From the NCBI GenBank assembly GCA_963839475.1, contig CAWIVH010000021.1:585265-649264 (forward strand): DNA of 64,000 nucleotides, given 5' to 3'. The notes under the pieces are model-generated. The model saw only the letters and a list, made by a program, of their open reading frames with translations. It did not search any database and was not told the origin of the DNA. Source of the stretch: an uncultured Acidobacteriota bacterium. Its GTDB lineage: Bacteria; Acidobacteriota; UBA6911. The position numbers and the translations under genes were made by a program. Position 1 is the first letter of the stretch, and each line of letters starts with the position of its first letter. Of the stretch, positions 58,804 to 64,000 are shown piece after piece.

Positions 58804-60552
58804 ATGGGTGTTCGTACTGCGGGGGATTCCGTTTGCCGTTTCGGAGACTACGAACTGGATCGGAGGACGCTGGAACTCCGGAAATCCGGCCAGAAAATCA
58901 AACTGGCACCTCAACCGGCACGGGTTCTGGGATTGCTGGCGAGCCGGCCGGGCGAATTGGTGGCGCGCGACGAAATTCGTCGTGAAATCTGGGGCGATGG
59001 CACTTTCGTCGATTTCGAGCGAAATCTAAATTACTGCCTGAACTGCATTCGTGCCGTTCTGGGCGATACAGCGCAGTCCCCACGGTATATCGAGACTCTT
59101 CCCCGCCGCGGGTATCGGTTCATTGCGCCGGTGGAGCGCCAGCGGCCGTTTGCGGAGCCCACCTTGGCGGTGTTGCCCTTTGCAAACTTGAACGCCGATC
59201 CTGCCCAAGAATACTTCGCCGATGGCATCACCGATGCGCTGATTACCGAACTGGCACGGATCCCGGCGGTGCGCGTTATCTCACGCCAATCTGTGCTTCA
59301 TCTGAAAGGAAGCAATCGGAAACTGGACGAGATCGCCCGCGACTTGAGCGTGGATGGTGTTGTGGAGGGAGCGGTCCTGCATGAGGGCATGCGGGTTCGC
59401 GTGACAGCCCAATTGATTCTGATGGACCCAGAGCGCCACGTATGGGCCCAAAGCTACGACTGCGATTTATCTGCCGTATTAATCACGCAGCGCAAGGCAG
59501 CGAAGGCGATTGCTGCGTGTGTAGCCACATCGCTGAGTCCCAACGCGGCTGCGATGCCGACCCTGGTTCCAAGGGGTGCGGAGGGCACCCTGGCGTCACC
59601 GGAAATCATCGATACCTATTTCAAAGCAATCGCCGAGCTCGGCAAGATGAATGCGGAAGGGATCGGGAAATCGCTTCAGTACTTCCGGGAGATAACTGCC
59701 AAGGCGCCCGATTTCGCGCTCGGGCTCGCCGGGCATGCCTCCGTTCTCTTCTCTCTGGGTTGGTGGGGGCATGCTCCCGCCCGCGAGGTGTACCCAACCG
59801 CTAAGCAGATGCTGTTAAACGCCATCGCCATTGATGAAAGTCTCGGCGGGGCCCATATGGTGCTCGCCCACATAATCTTGCTCCTCGACTGGGACGTAAC
59901 CGCTTCGGAGCGGGAGTTCCGACGCGCTATTGAATTGAGTCCGAGCGATCCGGAAGCCCACATTTTGTACGCGTTGTTTCTTTGCTGTTTTGGCAAGCAT
60001 GCCGAGTCAATCTCGGAGGCTGAGTACGGTTTGCGGCTCAACCCCACTTCGCTCCTTCCGAATCAGGCGGCTGCCTGGAACTACCTCAACGCCGGCCATC
60101 CCGAAATGGCTAACTCCCAGGCCAGGCGGACCATCGAATCGTTCCCGGATTCCCTTCAGCCTCATTTCGTACTCGGCTGGGCGGCTTGGTGCCAGGGTAG
60201 GGCAGAGGAAGCTGTTGCCGCCTTCGAGAAGGCTCTCGGCCTTTCTCACGAAGCCCTCTCGCTCTCGTTCCTGGGGCATGTCTACGGTCGGCTGGGCCGC
60301 AGAAACGAGGCCATGTGCCTACTCCAGGAACTTGATCTGCTCTCTTCCCAAGGTAAGGCTTCCCCGCTCGCGCTCATCGTATTGCATGCCGGCCTCGGCA
60401 ACGCTGATGCGGCTTTTGAATGGTTGGAAACAGCCTACCGCCTCCGGGTTGACCTACCCTGGCTCCTCACGGCATTTCCCGGCCTCGATCCACTTCGCTC
60501 GGATCCACGCTTTACCGATCTGGTCAATCGCTTGAGAATCGTGCTGCCATAG
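58804..60552 (+). CDS. Winged-helix (OmpR/CadC-type) + TolB_N-like + TPR regulator
   Basis: IETLPRRGYRF; LAVLPFANL..QEYFADGITDALI; TPRs; DPLRSDPRF. Confidence 0.9.
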   Translation: MGVRTAGDSVCRFGDYELDRRTLELRKSGQKIKLAPQPARVLGLLASRPGELVARDEIRREIWGDGTFVDFERNLNYCLNCIRAVLGDTAQSPRYIETLPRRGYRFIAPVERQRPFAEPTLAVLPFANLNADPAQEYFADGITDALITELARIPAVRVISRQSVLHLKGSNRKLDEIARDLSVDGVVEGAVLHEGMRVRVTAQLILMDPERHVWAQSYDCDLSAVLITQRKAAKAIAACVATSLSPNAAAMPTLVPRGAEGTLASPEIIDTYFKAIAELGKMNAEGIGKSLQYFREITAKAPDFALGLAGHASVLFSLGWWGHAPAREVYPTAKQMLLNAIAIDESLGGAHMVLAHIILLLDWDVTASEREFRRAIELSPSDPEAHILYALFLCCFGKHAESISEAEYGLRLNPTSLLPNQAAAWNYLNAGHPEMANSQARRTIESFPDSLQPHFVLGWAAWCQGRAEEAVAAFEKALGLSHEALSLSFLGHVYGRLGRRNEAMCLLQELDLLSSQGKASPLALIVLHAGLGNADAAFEWLETAYRLRVDLPWLLTAFPGLDPLRSDPRFTDLVNRLRIVLP

Positions 60553-60568
60553 CTGGGATGCCCACGCC

Positions 60569-61174
60569 CTATCGGGATGGCGGCGCAAGAACCTCAGCGT
60601 CGATCGGGGCGGCCCAGGCAACCGGCAACGGGCTGAAAGTGGCAGCGATCTCCGTGAATCGCAGTTGCATCCCCTCCACAGGGCCACTCGTTCCACGGCC
60701 AACAAAGCGGGCGCGCCCAATCCACATATTCACATTCTGCACCTTGCTTCTGTCGTTCGTGTAGCTCCCTTCCCAAACGCCGCCGGCATCCAGGTCAAGC
60801 CGAAAACTACCCCACACGGGACCGGCCGCATCGGCATTCCAGTTAGCGTTGATTTCCCAATAAATCCATCCAGCGAGCAGCGGGCTCCCCGACGTCACTC
60901 TGGAAAACCCAGATACGCCGCGCAGGTGGATGGGTCTGCCCGGGGGACAGGGCTGCAACGGGTCGCCAGTCGGCTGAGAGCCCGGACAAATCAGCGTGCC
61001 GGGGTTGATGATAGTCCCCACTTGCTCAATCCCAGGAAGTCCGAGCGGATTGAAGACCTCCGTAGCGGTAGATTGAATGGTTACAGCCTGAGCCGTGGCG
61101 AAGATCGGAAACAGAAGCGACAGCGCCGCCGCTAAGAACAGAGCCTTTATTCTCATGAATTTGCCATTACGCAT
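60569..61174 (-). CDS. Secreted beta-rich hypothetical protein
   Basis: SD GGAGG; signal peptide ending ATAQA. Confidence 0.7.
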   Translation of the reverse strand: MRNGKFMRIKALFLAAALSLLFPIFATAQAVTIQSTATEVFNPLGLPGIEQVGTIINPGTLICPGSQPTGDPLQPCPPGRPIHLRGVSGFSRVTSGSPLLAGWIYWEINANWNADAAGPVWGSFRLDLDAGGVWEGSYTNDRSKVQNVNMWIGRARFVGRGTSGPVEGMQLRFTEIAATFSPLPVAWAAPIDAEVLAPPSR

Positions 61175-61230
61175 AGGGTGTATCCTCCATGAGGAAATTA
61201 TTCCATGGGAAAATTTTGGTGGGTGCCAGG

Positions 61231-61263
61231 CCATGATTAGTTTTCTATTGGCATTCTATTAGT
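61231..61263 (-). promoter_or_regulatory. Three 11-bp direct repeats, candidate wHTH operator
   Basis: Minus strand ACTAATAGAAT GCCAATAGAAA ACTAATCATGG. Confidence 0.6.
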
Positions 61264-61494
61264 AGCGAATTGTCTGTTCCTGAGAGATCGCAGTGGATGA
61301 TGGAATCGGGCGTGGGCAAAGCCCGTGCCTGTGGGGACGAACGGGCCAGGAACCTCTGTCTGCTGACTTGGCGGCTGCCCTATATGCCAATAATCATGAG
61401 ACACCTGCACCTTGATAATTTCATGTTGAGGGTAGGGAGAAGATCCAAGATGGGAATCGCGGAATTAAAGCGAGAGACGGGAATGGGTGCCCCG

Positions 61495-61770
61495 TAGTCT
61501 TGGAACATCGCGAAGCGGCTCGGCCCGGTGAAGTGGTGTTGCTTTTGCCTGCCTGTAATTCTCGATATATTAAGCAGATACGTGGTTGGCTTGATGATTG
61601 CCCTGCACAAGAACAGCGCGCTCGCCAAGCGCCTCATAGCGGAAACATGCGGCAAGCAGAACGTGCTGCCAGGAGAATGGACGATTCAGGCCGGCCGTGG
61701 ATCCTCAATGAAATCAAAACCCCCGCGGCTTTGCTGCTGCCGATCTCGGCATTATTAAGAGCCGCAGCTA
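61495..61770 (+). pseudogene. IS3-family transposase integrase-core remnant
   Basis: *SWNIAKRLGPVKW..VILDILSRYVVG..LAKRLIAETC..RGSSMKSKP; in-frame stop, frameshift, catalytic Asp residues lost. Confidence 0.8.
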
Positions 61771-61792
61771 TGGCCTCGATTCGGCCGGGCGT

Positions 61793-62380
61793 CTACCGCG
61801 CCATGTACTTCGCGATCGAACCCCGGATCGGCGAAACCGGCTCGTGAACCAACCGGTGAAGGAACACCGACTCCGGTTCCCCGGCCCGAAGCCGGGTGAG
61901 CCAGTCGTCCGGATTGAACTCGACTCCGATGGGATTCAGGCTGAATTGCGTCGCCATGAATGCCCTCGCGCCATCGCTCGAGCCGAGGCAATCCACCTGG
62001 AACTCCATTTGGTTATCGTCCGGATCGGCATAGTAAAGCGATGCCGTGATGCCGTGATGAATGCACCAGTACGGAGTGATTCCCTTCTCCTTGAGCAGCG
62101 CATAATTCTCCAGGAGGTCACGCAGAGATGCGTGGGAATATCCCAAGTGATCAACGCCGATCGCTCCTTGCCGGTCCGCTTCGACGCCTTCCGGCTGAAA
62201 GACTGACATGTTGACCAGTGCGAACCGGTGGTGCTCGTCGTCAAAAGTCAAGAATGCCAGGGCCGGATTCTGATACTGAATCCTGGCGTCGAAAACCGTT
62301 AGGTACCAGAGCAGCATCTCATCGAAGCGGCGAGTGCGATAGACAACATGGGCCGTCTTGGTCGGGCGAACGTAGGCCAT
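61793..62380 (-). CDS. VOC-family (extradiol dioxygenase-like) protein
   Basis: AHVVYRT, DDEHHRFAL, DHLGY, HHGITASLYYADPD.NQMEFQ. Confidence 0.85.
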   Translation of the reverse strand: MAYVRPTKTAHVVYRTRRFDEMLLWYLTVFDARIQYQNPALAFLTFDDEHHRFALVNMSVFQPEGVEADRQGAIGVDHLGYSHASLRDLLENYALLKEKGITPYWCIHHGITASLYYADPDDNQMEFQVDCLGSSDGARAFMATQFSLNPIGVEFNPDDWLTRLRAGEPESVFLHRLVHEPVSPIRGSIAKYMAR

Positions 62381-62466
62381 AATTGGTTCTCCTCTGGGAT
62401 TTTTTGCAGGATAGCATGCACCGCCGTGCGCAGATAGGGGAACATTGGATAAAAAGGATGAGCTGG

Positions 62467-63003
62467 CTAGGTCAGATTGATTTCGAAAATGCAGCGTTTG
62501 CTGCCGCCGAGCTTCGACTCCTTGAGAGAAGCATGGATGGGCTTCCCGAAAATGGTCTCGAAGGCTTCCATTTGATACCCTACGGAGCAGTTGCACCAGA
62601 GCACCGGTGTTCGCGTGGAATCAACGAGCGGGCAACCGCACTCGCCTTCGGCTACCGCCACGGTGATTTTGTTGCTTTTCTTGTCCCACGAGAATTCAGT
62701 GCCCCAATTCTTCTTGGCGGCGGCAAAGTACCCTTCAGGGTCATTCTTAAAATTGACGTGAAGCTTGCCCAGTTTGGCACACTCCCGGCCGGTCTTTTGC
62801 AGGATCCCAACAGCGGCCTCCGAAGTCGTATCTGCCGCGATGAAACCCAGCATCTTGGATAACTGATAACGAGCGAATGCGAGCCGCTGGTCTATGGCAT
62901 TCACATCCTCGGCATGCAACGACTCAACGGCCACGATGGGACTTAGAACACATCTGCACACGCCCAATCCACAGACGTTCTTCAGGAATTCTTTCCTATC
63001 CAC
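62467..63003 (-). CDS. Cys-rich hypothetical protein (DUF6144/V4R-like) with Tat-like N-terminus
   Basis: DRKEFLK; GRECA; ECGCP; WCNCSVGY; KRCIFEI; SD GGGAGG. Confidence 0.65.
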   Translation of the reverse strand: MDRKEFLKNVCGLGVCRCVLSPIVAVESLHAEDVNAIDQRLAFARYQLSKMLGFIAADTTSEAAVGILQKTGRECAKLGKLHVNFKNDPEGYFAAAKKNWGTEFSWDKKSNKITVAVAEGECGCPLVDSTRTPVLWCNCSVGYQMEAFETIFGKPIHASLKESKLGGSKRCIFEINLT

Positions 63004-63342
63004 ATTTACCTCCCTTCTTCGGGCGATTCTGAATATCCTCTGGGACCACACATACAAAATACGTTCTCCGCTGGAGAACGTTCCTAATTCTCGTCAGCGT
63101 TCTGGCCCATGCAATTAAGAGTGTACCGGTACCCGCAGCAGCAGGTTGGGAGTGCGCCGACGATGGATAGTCATTGCTGTGTCCCAAGCGCGAGTGTAGG
63201 ATGCTTGAACAGTAGCAGATCGGTGGCGCCTGCAAGCAGCAGGTCATGGCGTCCTCCCGCCGTCGAGGCCGCCTATCCGGCTTAGGCGCACCGGTTGTTA
63301 TAGCTCCAGTTCAGCGACATACATTTCGGGAGCAGCGCGCCT

Positions 63343-64000
63343 GTGGATTTCGCACCTGGCCCGGGAAGGGCAGCCGTGGATGTCGCGCTCGTCGAGTGGC
63401 GCAAAAAGGCCGCCAATATCCTGCTTGCTGTAAGCGCCGCTGCCTTCCTGCCATCTATCATCCTTTTCTTATTCGGCTATGGGCCGTCTATTCCGTCACT
63501 CGTGAGATCGATTGTCCTGATATCATATCTCCTCATGATCGGCGCCGCCCTGTTTCGCCGGACTGAGTACCGGAGGCGGCTGATTGCCTACTTCATAGCG
63601 GCATACGCTATCGTGGCATGCGCGAACCTTGCGCATCCCGGATCCGTCGCTGAGGTTGGCCTTGTTGCTACTCCGATCCTGGTTTTGGTGCTTTGCGGCT
63701 CCGCGGCCGCCAGGATTGCCATCCTCACGAGCTTCACCATCCTTCTCTTAACTCCGTTCCTGCGGAACCTGCCCCGCGTTGCCCGAGCCCTGGGAATCGG
63801 CCCCACGCAATCATACCCGCCGGACCTCGTCTGGTACCACGCAGCCGTTATAGCGGGGTTTCTGGTCATTCTGATGATGCTGCTGGATCGCTTCCACCAC
63901 TTTCTCCTGGACGCGCTCGCCGCCGAACGCCGGGCGACCGGTAAACTCCAGAGCGAAATCCAGGAACGGCGGCAGCTTGAGCGAGACGTGGCGCGCATTG
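63343..64000 (+). CDS. Membrane sensor histidine kinase (NarX/UhpB-like), truncated by the window end
   Basis: Open frame from GTG 63343 (SD GGGAG); several TM helices, then EIQERRQLERDVARI coiled coil; absent from the supplied ORF track. Confidence 0.65.
   Translation, partial: MDFAPGPGRAAVDVALVEWRKKAANILLAVSAAAFLPSIILFLFGYGPSIPSLVRSIVLISYLLMIGAALFRRTEYRRRLIAYFIAAYAIVACANLAHPGSVAEVGLVATPILVLVLCGSAAARIAILTSFTILLLTPFLRNLPRVARALGIGPTQSYPPDLVWYHAAVIAGFLVILMMLLDRFHHFLLDALAAERRATGKLQSEIQERRQLERDVARI

Noticed and set aside
1-64000. CRISPR array, rRNA, prophage or intact transposase/integrase
   Set aside because: No regularly spaced repeats or matching genes found by eye; only an IS3 relic and the tRNA islet

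Overview
A 64 kb bacterial chromosome segment, gene-dense and moderately GC-rich. Gene content (wHTH-TolB-TPR regulator, Kgd-type 2-oxoglutarate dehydrogenase, BshA, many secreted hypotheticals) suggests Acidobacteriota; this is an inference. The left part is mostly housekeeping and redox: a FadF/HdrF-like membrane Fe-S oxidoreductase, an lpdA-lipB-E1a-E1b-E2 2-oxoacid dehydrogenase operon, xdhC, and a minus-strand run of erpA/iscA, folB, a MerR regulator, nuoB, nuoD, radical SAM, map, a Fur-rubrerythrin fusion, nuoI and a cytochrome c peroxidase. The middle holds a MacB-type exporter operon with three periplasmic adaptors and no ATPase, a membrane-anchored pseudokinase, kgd, bshA and several unknown proteins. 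The right part holds tRNA-Glu with a ~730 bp islet carrying a frameshifted hicA and an intact hicB, then hydrolases, a wHTH-TPR regulator with a candidate target operator, and an IS3 remnant. Best candidates for an undescribed system: (1) a MerR regulator with a 4-Cys tail whose candidate operator (AACCTTrACrTTAACG) overlaps both its own merR-nuoB-nuoD promoter and the erpA promoter; (2) a Fur fused to a di-iron rubrerythrin domain, next to a 7-1-7 box in the nuoI-peroxidase promoter; (3) a wHTH-TPR regulator and a secreted-protein gene preceded by SARP-like 11-bp triple repeats. No CRISPR array, rRNA or intact mobile element was seen. All calls come from motif reading only; no database searches were run.
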